Below are positions 37,304-45,075 of a DNA stretch of 64,000 nucleotides, in pieces. The notes below the pieces were generated by a model that was given only the letters and a program-made list of their open reading frames with translations, did no database searches and was not told where the DNA came from. Numbering within the stretch: position 1 is the first letter of the stretch; every line of letters begins with the position of its first letter. The translations under genes were made by a program, and so were the position numbers. The stretch is from a virus (lineage: Duplodnaviria > Caudoviricetes): the IMG/VR virus record IMGVR_UViG_3300011858_000030, positions 1 through 64,000 of that record, one strand, 5' to 3'.

Positions 37304-37526
37304 CTGGAACACCCCAGCCACGATGTGCGGCATGACGACAGAACTCCATACGCGAAGCCGCATAAATAGAGTTCACCTCCATTTTTGCCAGACTGAATGC
37401 CTGTTTCCATGAATCCGCCGCCCGCTGAAACTCGCCGTTCTGTTCGGCAATGACAGCGCTGGTTGCATACGACATGAAAGGGCTGCATGGTTTGTCCGAT
37501 TTAGCACGATCAAACAGAATGGCCAT
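37293..37526 (-). CDS. ANR-family-like regulator
   Basis: AVIAEQNGEFQRAADSWKQA..A..N..YAASRMEFC pattern; start ATG 37526. Confidence 0.65.
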   Translation of the reverse strand: MAILFDRAKSDKPCSPFMSYATSAVIAEQNGEFQRAADSWKQAFSLAKMEVNSIYAASRMEFCRHAAHRGWGVPDES

Positions 37527-37527
37527 C

Positions 37528-38172
37528 TCACACCCCCACGCCAGCGATATCGAGAGGGATGGCGCGATACTGATCGCTTTCACCAACGCGCTCATAAACA
37601 CGGATATAAGAACGGCTGCCGACAACCTGAACAGCCTCGCCGATGGCCTCCATCGCCTTAACCCAGCGAGCGTCTGTAATATCGAGGCGGCGCAATGCCA
37701 GAACCGCGCCGGTATTCACTTCACCTTCTTTTTCCGTCTGGAATGCACGGGTGATGATGGCGCGAATCTCCGGGCGGGCATTCTCGGTCCAGTCTGCCAG
37801 ACATTCATCAATCAGTGATTTAGCAGCCTGCAGGCGCTCGTCAAATGCGATACGGTCCTGCATGGCACGCTGAACCTTATAGCGGCCATCATAGCTGTAG
37901 AGCGTGACGTTACCTTTTTTGCCACCCAGGCTGACGCCGTACTGACTGGCGGAGATATCAACGAAAGCTCCGATATCGGAAAAGCCGCTAAGCTTGAACT
38001 CTGCCAGTGCAGCACTCAGGGCTGTCGCTTTTTCGACGATGCTACGCACCAGATCGTCACGCATCTGGTCGGTATCTTTAATCAGACTGACAGGGGTCAG
38101 TACGCCCTTGGCGTCAATCCAGTAACCCTCTGGCGCTGTTTTTTCAGTGAATTGCTTGTTTTCAGTGGACAT
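37528..38172 (-). CDS. DUF3164 family protein (Gam position)
   Basis: GYWIDAKG.L.P, GGKKGNVTLYSYDG, FDERLQAAK.LIDEC. Confidence 0.82.
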   Translation of the reverse strand: MSTENKQFTEKTAPEGYWIDAKGVLTPVSLIKDTDQMRDDLVRSIVEKATALSAALAEFKLSGFSDIGAFVDISASQYGVSLGGKKGNVTLYSYDGRYKVQRAMQDRIAFDERLQAAKSLIDECLADWTENARPEIRAIITRAFQTEKEGEVNTGAVLALRRLDITDARWVKAMEAIGEAVQVVGSRSYIRVYERVGESDQYRAIPLDIAGVGV

Positions 38173-38368
38173 TTTTACTCTCCTTAAATTGACGCGTTAC
38201 TTTCTTAACGGCTTCGTTAACCTTTGCCAGCACATGACCAGCCAGACCTTTACCCACTTTGTCAGCCACTTTGCTGATGATATCGCTGTCGCCGTCATCA
38301 GGGATAACCCTGCAACCGACTTCAAAACCGCGAGATTTGTCCTTTATTTCAATAACAATCTTTGCCAT
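38162..38368 (-). CDS. Hypothetical protein
   Basis: 68 aa with RBS, in operon. Confidence 0.6.
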   Translation of the reverse strand: MAKIVIEIKDKSRGFEVGCRVIPDDGDSDIISKVADKVGKGLAGHVLAKVNEAVKKVTRQFKESKNVH

Positions 38369-38380
38369 ATATCCCTCTGC

Positions 38381-38671
38381 TTAATGAAGTGATTCAGACC
38401 AGACCACCCGACACCCGCTTTCATCCTGATAGACGCCCTGGCGAAAGCGCCCGTGGCGGTCATTGCCGGTAATATCAAATCGCGCCAGACCTTCTTTTTT
38501 CATCCGCTCGCACCATGCATGGCGCACGATACGAATGACCGGTTGTGTGTTGCGCAGGGATACGCTTTTCACCTGAACTCCCTGTGCTGACAGAAATAAA
38601 ATCAGCGTTTCTGCCCGGATCAACGCAGAGATAACGCCTGCGTTGTCGGTATTTCCTGATGTTCTGGTCAT
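38381..38671 (-). CDS. Hypothetical protein downstream of B
   Basis: 96 aa from MTRTSGN, RBS GAGGA; C-terminal GCRVVWSE. Confidence 0.6.
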   Translation of the reverse strand: MTRTSGNTDNAGVISALIRAETLILFLSAQGVQVKSVSLRNTQPVIRIVRHAWCERMKKEGLARFDITGNDRHGRFRQGVYQDESGCRVVWSESLH

Positions 38672-38681
38672 GGTTAAATCC

Positions 38682-39575
38682 TCAGTTAATGAGCATTTCT
38701 GCGAACTTGCGGACAGCGCCAGCGCTGACTGCATGGCCACTGATATCGCTGTGACGGCTGACACCGCGCACCAGTTTGAAAAGACGTCTGGCGTTGCCGT
38801 TGCTCGCCCGGAATAGCGCCTCAGATACGTCAGGGTTCTCAGCATCCGGCAGCATACTGATCGCGATATCGCTGATATCAGCCTGCGGCAGGGATTCGCC
38901 GATGTTGAGCGCCAGACCCACGCGGCTGAAAAGCTGCTGATATTCACCGCGCTTGCCTTTCAGGTTGATAATGAGGCGAGGCATCCCCGCCAGAACGACA
39001 CCGATACCGGCTTTGTCATGGATGCGACGCAGTGTTTCCAGCGCACGGTATGGAAGGTTCTCCGCCTCATCGACCATAAGGAGGCGACCAGAATCACGCA
39101 GGGCAGCAATGCAGGCTTCGCTGAGTTCATGCATATTGCCGCGTTTGCTGAGGCCAAGCAGTCCACAAAGCTCTTCGAGCACAACACGGGCGGTATAACC
39201 GGGGTCGGCCTCTATCAGCAGCGCATCACGATGTCTGGACGCGTATTCGCGCAAAATCATGGTTTTACCCAGGCCAGCAGCACCATAGAGAACGTTGATC
39301 TCCCCATCCAGGTGCGCCAGGCGAATGACCTCAATCCCCTTGCGGGAGGTCACTGTGGGGATATAGCGCGGCGTGATGCGACGCGATTTTTCCTTGTCGG
39401 CTTCGCGGGCAATGAAGCTGCGGGCCAGTTCGTCGATGCTTCCCACATCCCCCTGATATTTTCCCTGCAGGTACTGATTAACCACTGCCGGGCTTTTACC
39501 AAAAGCGCGGGCTACCTGTGTCTGGCTGTAACCCTTGCGGGACATAAGTTCATTCAGTTCTGTTTGTAGGCTCAT
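38682..39575 (-). CDS. Transposition ATPase (MuB-like)
   Basis: N-terminal HTH, Walker A GAAGLGKT, Walker B LLMVDEAE. Confidence 0.92.
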   Translation of the reverse strand: MSLQTELNELMSRKGYSQTQVARAFGKSPAVVNQYLQGKYQGDVGSIDELARSFIAREADKEKSRRITPRYIPTVTSRKGIEVIRLAHLDGEINVLYGAAGLGKTMILREYASRHRDALLIEADPGYTARVVLEELCGLLGLSKRGNMHELSEACIAALRDSGRLLMVDEAENLPYRALETLRRIHDKAGIGVVLAGMPRLIINLKGKRGEYQQLFSRVGLALNIGESLPQADISDIAISMLPDAENPDVSEALFRASNGNARRLFKLVRGVSRHSDISGHAVSAGAVRKFAEMLIN

Positions 39576-39586
39576 ATGTCTCTCAC

Positions 39587-41641
39587 TTACCGGGTATTAC
39601 CGGTTTTTTTCAGATATTCATCGCGGTCGGTTTCGAGGAAGAAATAATGTTCTTCTTCCGTAATCCGGCTGAATTCAGCCGGGATAAAGCTCCCCAGATC
39701 GTCGAAGCGCTGGCCCGGTAATACAGAGCGGCCCTCTGCCTCAATTTCCTGGCGTTTGTCTTCAATACGGTTGAGGCGGCGCTGGCGGCGTTTCTCAACT
39801 GCCACATCCATTGCACTCACCGGTATTGCGGCACGTTTATTACCGTTCCAGATCGCAGTACAGACGTAGGTACCATCCATCCGGCGAACGATAACGGAAG
39901 AGGGATCGTGAATATCGAAAGCCACGCGAACCTCTTCGCTATCCACCTGGATCAATTCTTCAGAGAAGTAGTCGTTGTTGAACAGACGCAACCAGCCACG
40001 CTGCGCGGTACGTACCATCTCCGGCATAAAGGCTTCGCGCAGCTCAACATCAGTCAGATATTCAATGTCGTCGCCTTCAGCTTCGAGAACGGCCCGACGA
40101 TAGGCCGACGGTGTCATATGACGCCCGTTACGTTTTGGAAGCTCACGGTGTTCATGCGTGTTGTTGTATGCGTCAACTTCGCTGGCGATTGCGTCAAGCA
40201 GCTGCTGCCAGGAGGGTAATTTACCCAGAGCATTACGTTGCACAGGCGTCAGCTCCCGTCCGTTCTCCTGCGCTTTGATGGCTGACTGGATAGCACGCGA
40301 CGTGATGCGGGCATGCTCCCGGTCAGCACTGTCGCCGCTGAACGTATCGAACTGCATCGCAACACGGCGGGGAACACCCTTGTTAAGCCGTTCGATGATG
40401 CCGCGAGACTGAGGACGCCCCGGAATACTGGTCGGGTGCTCAATACCGAGGCGGCTGAAAATACCCGTCACATCGGCATCAAGCGTTTTGTTTGTTTCAC
40501 CGCCGCCGTTATCGGAATACACAAATAACGGTTTGCCGAAATGACGCATGGCGTAACGGTAGGCATCAGCCACAGCAATAACGCTTTCTGAAAGTGCCAG
40601 GCTCCAGCCCGTAATAAAGCGTGTCCGGCCATCAATAATTAACGTCAGCTCAGGAGTGAACGGGCGACCATGGTCAGGGTGTGCCACTTTCATCTCAAGA
40701 GATTTACCATCCGCAATCCAGCAGCCATTAACCGGCATAAGGGACCAGTCACGCTTCTGGAAGCATTCATAAGCCAGCGCAGCGGAACCGCTGACGCGAC
40801 CGCGCACACGCTCGCGCTTTGGCAGTTTTGCCATGGCGCGGCGAACGGCATCATATGACGGGCAGGCGGCTGCAATTGCCGGCTGGTCGGCATACGTGTT
40901 TTCCCATTCAGCTTTAAAATCACTGTAAGCATCCCTTAGCGTCGGCCCCTTTCTTGATCGCCAGTGGGCCAGAAAGTCAGGAAGCCACTGGATCTTTTCA
41001 GGCGTCCTAGCTTTCAGTTGTCCAGGAGCAAGCAGCGTCAGACGCTCAATACCTGGCCGGGACGCCTCGTAAATAGACACCCACTCTTGAAGGCTGCGCT
41101 CACCAAAACCTTTACGGGTTGAACCCTTGCGGGCGTTGGCGATAACCGCAGCATCTTTAAGGTGCTCTGGCAGTGAATCGGTGCGTGCAGCCTTCACGAT
41201 AAATTTGACGGCAGCGGTGCGTGATGAACCCGCATTCCGCAGACGTTCAACCTCCATCGCCAGCGCCGCGCGGGCATCGGCGATCTGTTTTTGTTTAATG
41301 GTCAGTTCGCCGACCTTCTGCTCAAGAATGACCGGGCACTGGCGCAGCAGGGCTATATCCTGACGGTCTGCGGTGGCCTTACGTGCAACAACCGCACGGA
41401 GTGCATGCTCGCCTGGCTTAGAGGCCAGCACTGTCTGATACACTTTTTCGCGGATGGCTGACTGCATATCATGAGGAAGGCTTTCGATGAGAAATTCATA
41501 GGCGATACCTTTAACGCCTTCTCTTTTCCTGCATGTCCACTGTTCATTTTTTGCTTTGCGCAAAATGGTGCTAACGGCAGAAGAAAAACCGGGTAACTCA
41601 GTTATCTCTTTAGCAGTAACCCAACCATTAAATGAAGACAT
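39587..41641 (-). CDS. DDE transposase (MuA-like)
   Basis: Mu-type HTH N-terminus; catalytic WIADG, YSDNG, IIERLN; Mu C-terminal domain. Confidence 0.95.
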   Translation of the reverse strand: MSSFNGWVTAKEITELPGFSSAVSTILRKAKNEQWTCRKREGVKGIAYEFLIESLPHDMQSAIREKVYQTVLASKPGEHALRAVVARKATADRQDIALLRQCPVILEQKVGELTIKQKQIADARAALAMEVERLRNAGSSRTAAVKFIVKAARTDSLPEHLKDAAVIANARKGSTRKGFGERSLQEWVSIYEASRPGIERLTLLAPGQLKARTPEKIQWLPDFLAHWRSRKGPTLRDAYSDFKAEWENTYADQPAIAAACPSYDAVRRAMAKLPKRERVRGRVSGSAALAYECFQKRDWSLMPVNGCWIADGKSLEMKVAHPDHGRPFTPELTLIIDGRTRFITGWSLALSESVIAVADAYRYAMRHFGKPLFVYSDNGGGETNKTLDADVTGIFSRLGIEHPTSIPGRPQSRGIIERLNKGVPRRVAMQFDTFSGDSADREHARITSRAIQSAIKAQENGRELTPVQRNALGKLPSWQQLLDAIASEVDAYNNTHEHRELPKRNGRHMTPSAYRRAVLEAEGDDIEYLTDVELREAFMPEMVRTAQRGWLRLFNNDYFSEELIQVDSEEVRVAFDIHDPSSVIVRRMDGTYVCTAIWNGNKRAAIPVSAMDVAVEKRRQRRLNRIEDKRQEIEAEGRSVLPGQRFDDLGSFIPAEFSRITEEEHYFFLETDRDEYLKKTGNTR

Positions 41642-41642
41642 A

Positions 41643-41855
41643 TCAATATCTCCCAGGCCAAATATCTTCAGGAGTCATACCGATTGCTTCAGCAATAATT
41701 TTTTCAGCTTTTGGGTATGGTTTATCTAGGGCATTTTTTAATGTGTAAGGCGATAGGTTGTGCTCCCGCCCCAAACTAGAGAGAGACATGTTTCTTTTGC
41801 GCAAAGCCGCGACGATATCCGCTCTGTGCATGTTTTCTCTTTTTTCGCATTTCAT
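41643..41855 (-). CDS. ner: Ner-like DNA-binding protein
   Basis: HRADIVAALRKRNMSL..L..PYPKAEKIIAEAIG..PEDIWPGRY. Confidence 0.9.
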   Translation of the reverse strand: MKCEKRENMHRADIVAALRKRNMSLSSLGREHNLSPYTLKNALDKPYPKAEKIIAEAIGMTPEDIWPGRY

Positions 41856-41952
41856 TTCATGCCATCCTTAAAAGTTAACCACTTAGCTAGCCTGCAAAGT
41901 ACCCAGCTAGCTACTTAAGAAGATACTTTCATTGCATTGTGATTGCAATGCG

Positions 41953-42053
41953 TGCAACGACAAATAATTGTCAATGTTGGCAATATAATCACTATGTGAT
42001 TGTTTTTATTGAATTTAAATTTGTCATTTCATTTATCTTCTGCAACGACAAAT
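41953..42053. promoter_or_regulatory. Candidate repressor operators in the ner-c divergent region
   Basis: TGCAACGACAAAT at 41953-41965 and 42041-42053; inverted variant TGAAATGACAAAT at 42031-42019. Confidence 0.6.
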
Positions 42054-42075
42054 GAAACCACAAAGGGTTTTTGTG

Positions 42076-42474
42076 ATGGCGTTTAATGAATGGTTTTCGG
42101 CAAGTGAGCTTGCAGGGCTTCCGGGAATGCCTGGTGATAAGAGCAGTGTCAATCGGAGGGCTAATAAGGAGGGTTGGAAGAAGCGTCAGCGCGCTGGTGT
42201 TAGGGGGACGGCTTTTGAGTTCCACATCTCATCTCTTCCCTCTGCAACTAGAGAGGCGATTGGTACAGAACAGGCTGACATTGGAGAAAGCGAAATCGAT
42301 ACGGAGTTACTATCAAAAGTTATCGAATCTGTTGAATTACTTTTGATGAGTAGGAAAAAAAAGATAAGCCCTTCGACCAAAGCAAAGGTGATCACGGTGC
42401 TTTACCGGGCTTTTAAATCAAGTAGTTACATAGACATGAAGTTGATACAAGAAACGATCGAGCTTGTTGCTTAG
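42076..42474 (+). CDS. Mu-type repressor (c)
   Basis: EWFSASELAGLPGMP..VNRRANKEGW..R..G...EFHISSLP winged HTH; divergent from ner; start may be 42052 or 42076. Confidence 0.88.
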   Translation: MAFNEWFSASELAGLPGMPGDKSSVNRRANKEGWKKRQRAGVRGTAFEFHISSLPSATREAIGTEQADIGESEIDTELLSKVIESVELLLMSRKKKISPSTKAKVITVLYRAFKSSSYIDMKLIQETIELVA

Positions 42475-42488
42475 TCTGGGAGGCTGTA

Positions 42489-43145
42489 ATGAAAGACGAC
42501 AAAGTTGTACATCTTGGTAGAAAGAAAAATGCATTTGAGGACGAGTTGTTAGAAATTGCTCAGCTTCTTTCGCAGGATAATGAGGATGCAGCTGATATTG
42601 ATGGGGGTAATCAGACAATCCCATCAATCAACGTCAATGGTTCAGCCAATGTGATTGGCAACGGAAACACCGTAAATAATGTAATAACCTTTACAAGATC
42701 CATACAGAAAAAAATTCAGGTCAAAACGGCAGATGGAGTTATTGATGCGACACAAAAATTCCAGATAAAAAGCCTTGTAGATGAATGGGTTGAAAATTTT
42801 AACGCTATAAAGAAGTCAAAACTCACACACCAAAAAGCATGGTCACTTCTTAATCGCCACATGAAAGTGAATAGTTATCATGAAATCAAAGACATAAACC
42901 ATGCTAAAGCAATAAAATTCCTTCGTTCAAGACTGGGCGAATTGCGCAACATGCCATCCGCTCCGAAAAAAGTTCAAGACTGGAGAGCACAAACAATTAA
43001 GTCAATCCAAGCCAGGTGCTCTGAAAAAGGGTGGCAGGCATGGCGTAAACTCTATATGCAACAGAAATTTGAAAAAAATTCGATGACTGAACTTACCGAT
43101 GTAGAACTAAAACAACTGTACCAAACTGTATGGAATAAGAGGTGA
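42489..43145 (+). CDS. Hypothetical protein co-oriented with repressor (ORF6C-like central domain)
   Basis: 14-nt gap after c, RBS GGAGG; KAWSLLNRHMKVNSYHEI resembles ORF6C. Confidence 0.7.
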   Translation: MKDDKVVHLGRKKNAFEDELLEIAQLLSQDNEDAADIDGGNQTIPSINVNGSANVIGNGNTVNNVITFTRSIQKKIQVKTADGVIDATQKFQIKSLVDEWVENFNAIKKSKLTHQKAWSLLNRHMKVNSYHEIKDINHAKAIKFLRSRLGELRNMPSAPKKVQDWRAQTIKSIQARCSEKGWQAWRKLYMQQKFEKNSMTELTDVELKQLYQTVWNKR

Positions 43146-43161
43146 GGTAGAGCTGAAGAAC

Positions 43162-43204
43162 CGCATTAGGATCGTTTAAAAGTGATTTAAACGGTTCTAA
43201 TGCG
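43162..43204 (+). terminator. 19-bp RNA hairpin at the 3' end of the repressor operon
   Basis: CGCATTAGGATCGTTTAAA-AGTGA-TTTAAACGGTTCTAATGCG; both mismatches are G-U pairs on the + strand; weak U-tract. Confidence 0.55.
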
Positions 43205-43215
43205 TGCTAATTTTA

Positions 43216-43365
43216 GTGCAGAATATTTCGCCTTTTTTACTATTTTTGCTCAAAATCCAGTAGCGTGTGCAGAATTACCTCACAGCTGTCTACCCCTTGA
43301 TAGCTCTGCCTTTCAGCCTATTACCCCTCGTTTTCCCTCTATGCAGAAACGATCACCTCCCCACA
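43216..43365 (-). repeat. Mu-like left end (attL) with transposase-binding sites
   Basis: On - strand: TGTGGGGAGGTGATCGTTTCTGCAT (43365-43341), GGTAATTCTGCAC (43279-43267), GGCGAAATATTCTGCAC (43232-43216; compare GGCGAAATTTTTCGCAC at attR). Confidence 0.8.
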
Positions 43366-43513
43366 CTAGATAAAATTTCTGGTGAAGAACAACCCTGACA
43401 TAACCTTTACCGTCGCGATTTTTAACTTCATCGCCTGCTTTTACAGGCCCTCTATGGCTGTGCCTCCAAAAGAGTTTTCCATCCCGATATTCGAAATAAT
43501 CACTCCAATTCAT
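43366..43513 (-). pseudogene. 5' part of the split HNH endonuclease
   Basis: MNWSDYFEYRDGKLFW...HQKFYL, then reads into the Mu end; 148 nt + 320 nt = 468 nt restored ORF. Confidence 0.9.
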
Positions 43514-43520
43514 ATCTACC

Positions 43521-43988
43521 TCACAGATACTGAAGTCCCGTGTACTCGACTGGATCATAAAGGCGACCAATGTTGTTGTTCAGAGGGTTGGTGACAGACA
43601 GAGTGACCGATGAGGCCTCGGCATCGATATCCACCGTCTTGACGTAAAGTTGCCACGACTTAATCGGCATCGACACATCGCCGCTGTCGAAGATCTGCCG
43701 CGTGGCCGTAATAGCTGTTAGCCGGGCCGCTCCCTTCCACTGCTTCATGAGAGCTTTGATGTCAGACGACAGACGCCCTAACTTCACGGTCGCGTCGATC
43801 ACCGGCGTGCCGCTCTGCTGGCTCTCTTCGATTTCAAAACGCGCTGGCGTGTACGTCTTGCCGCCAAGCGTCTTCGGGAAGAACTGCTTGTCTACCAGGC
43901 GGACATAGCCAAAGGATGGATGGTAGAACGTGATGGTGTCGTACAGCCCGCGCGTCGGGCGCTGTTGTTTGTACTGGCGGAAATTCAT
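43521..43988 (-). CDS. Minor tail protein (DUF1833 / lambda L position)
   Basis: YDTITFYHPSFGYVRLV; synteny between M-like and NlpC/P60 genes. Confidence 0.75.
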   Translation of the reverse strand: MNFRQYKQQRPTRGLYDTITFYHPSFGYVRLVDKQFFPKTLGGKTYTPARFEIEESQQSGTPVIDATVKLGRLSSDIKALMKQWKGAARLTAITATRQIFDSGDVSMPIKSWQLYVKTVDIDAEASSVTLSVTNPLNNNIGRLYDPVEYTGLQYL

Positions 43989-43990
43989 GT

Positions 43991-44524
43991 TTAACCGCTC
44001 CTAAAAGTAAACCCCTTGTGTCTTTTGCGCTTTCCCGCCACACAGTTTCTAACTGTCGCGTAATCAAAGCCCATACCCCTAATTTCTTTTTCTCCACATA
44101 AGGTGTACTCCTCACCTGAACTCAGTCGCGTAGCAATAACTGGCGCTGAGAATCGGTGATGATCCTGTCCAGACTTTGGCACCCTCAACCCATGAGTTAA
44201 GGCGTGAATGTTATTGTCAGAGTGAGTGCACCATTCCAAATTACTCACGGTGTTATTCAGCTTGTCACCATCGATATGATTTACCACCTCCCCTTCAGCG
44301 CAACTTCCCAAGAAATGAGAGGCAACAATCCTATGAACACTCAATTGCTTGCAACCATTTTCATTGCATAGTGTTACATGAGCGTACCCACGAACAGCTC
44401 TTGGCTTAAGAACTCTTTCTTTGATATTCCTTCCATCAGAAGTAAGTCTCGCAAGGCTGGTAATTACTCCTGATTCAGAAACGGTATACAGTCCTTCATA
44501 TCCATTAATTGGCATTACGCGCAT
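43991..44524 (-). CDS. NUMOD4-HNH homing endonuclease
   Basis: GYEGLYTVSESG (NUMOD4), VHRIVA..F, VNHIDGDKLNNTVSNLEW. Confidence 0.9.
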   Translation of the reverse strand: MRVMPINGYEGLYTVSESGVITSLARLTSDGRNIKERVLKPRAVRGYAHVTLCNENGCKQLSVHRIVASHFLGSCAEGEVVNHIDGDKLNNTVSNLEWCTHSDNNIHALTHGLRVPKSGQDHHRFSAPVIATRLSSGEEYTLCGEKEIRGMGFDYATVRNCVAGKRKRHKGFTFRSG

Positions 44525-44577
44525 GATTCGTTTTCCCGTGGCTTACACTTCACTGATTATATCATTTTATGTAGGCA

Positions 44578-45075
44578 TTACGGCACTCTCGGTAAAGATT
44601 CCGGGTCGCGCCCGTCAGGATAACCCGTTACCACGATATCCAGCCACGAATCCCACGGCGGCGGAAGTTCAACTATGATATCGTCGAACTCATCGTCGGC
44701 GTTGTACAGATGGTTAGCAATTACGGTTCCCGTCCAGGTTACCACCCCGCCGTCGATACTGGTTTGCACTGGCATCTGAGTGAAGTGAAGTTCCTGGAGT
44801 TGCAGGCCACTGCCGCCAAGATTGATATTCATCCGGAACCAGTTCAGTCCCCGGTTGAGATAGTTCGGGCTGCGCAGCCACTGCTGGAAAGCTCGCTCTT
44901 CGGCCAGCGTGAAGATCCACGTCACCGACCAGGTCGCTTTTAGATCATCGGTCTGGTTCTGAAAGATAGCCGGGCCGACCGCTGGCTGATCGGTCTGGAA
45001 CCCGGTATCGAGCGTCATGTTTTTGCTGGCCTTCTGCGCCAGTGGCAGCCAGTCGGGATAGTCGATAATTGGCAT
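44578..45075 (-). CDS. Minor/distal tail protein (lambda M position)
   Basis: Follows TMP; WLPLAQK, LNRGLNWF motifs. Confidence 0.72.
   Translation of the reverse strand: MPIIDYPDWLPLAQKASKNMTLDTGFQTDQPAVGPAIFQNQTDDLKATWSVTWIFTLAEERAFQQWLRSPNYLNRGLNWFRMNINLGGSGLQLQELHFTQMPVQTSIDGGVVTWTGTVIANHLYNADDEFDDIIVELPPPWDSWLDIVVTGYPDGRDPESLPRVP

Larger units (their letters stand above)
7869..43365 (-). mobile_element. Mu-like transposable prophage, apparently complete (35,497 bp)
   Basis: 5'-TG...CA-3' ends with related 25-bp terminal sites, flanking CTAG duplication, and full Mu-order gene set from repressor to invertase with no evident frameshifts in the ORF track. Confidence 0.95.

Noticed and set aside
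43313-43570. 85-aa ORF as an intact gene
   Set aside because: It is the HNH 5' fragment reading 17 codons into the Mu-like left end.
43991-44524. HNH genes as group I intron-encoded ORFs
   Set aside because: The flanking genes are complete ORFs and the spacers are too short for an intron core.
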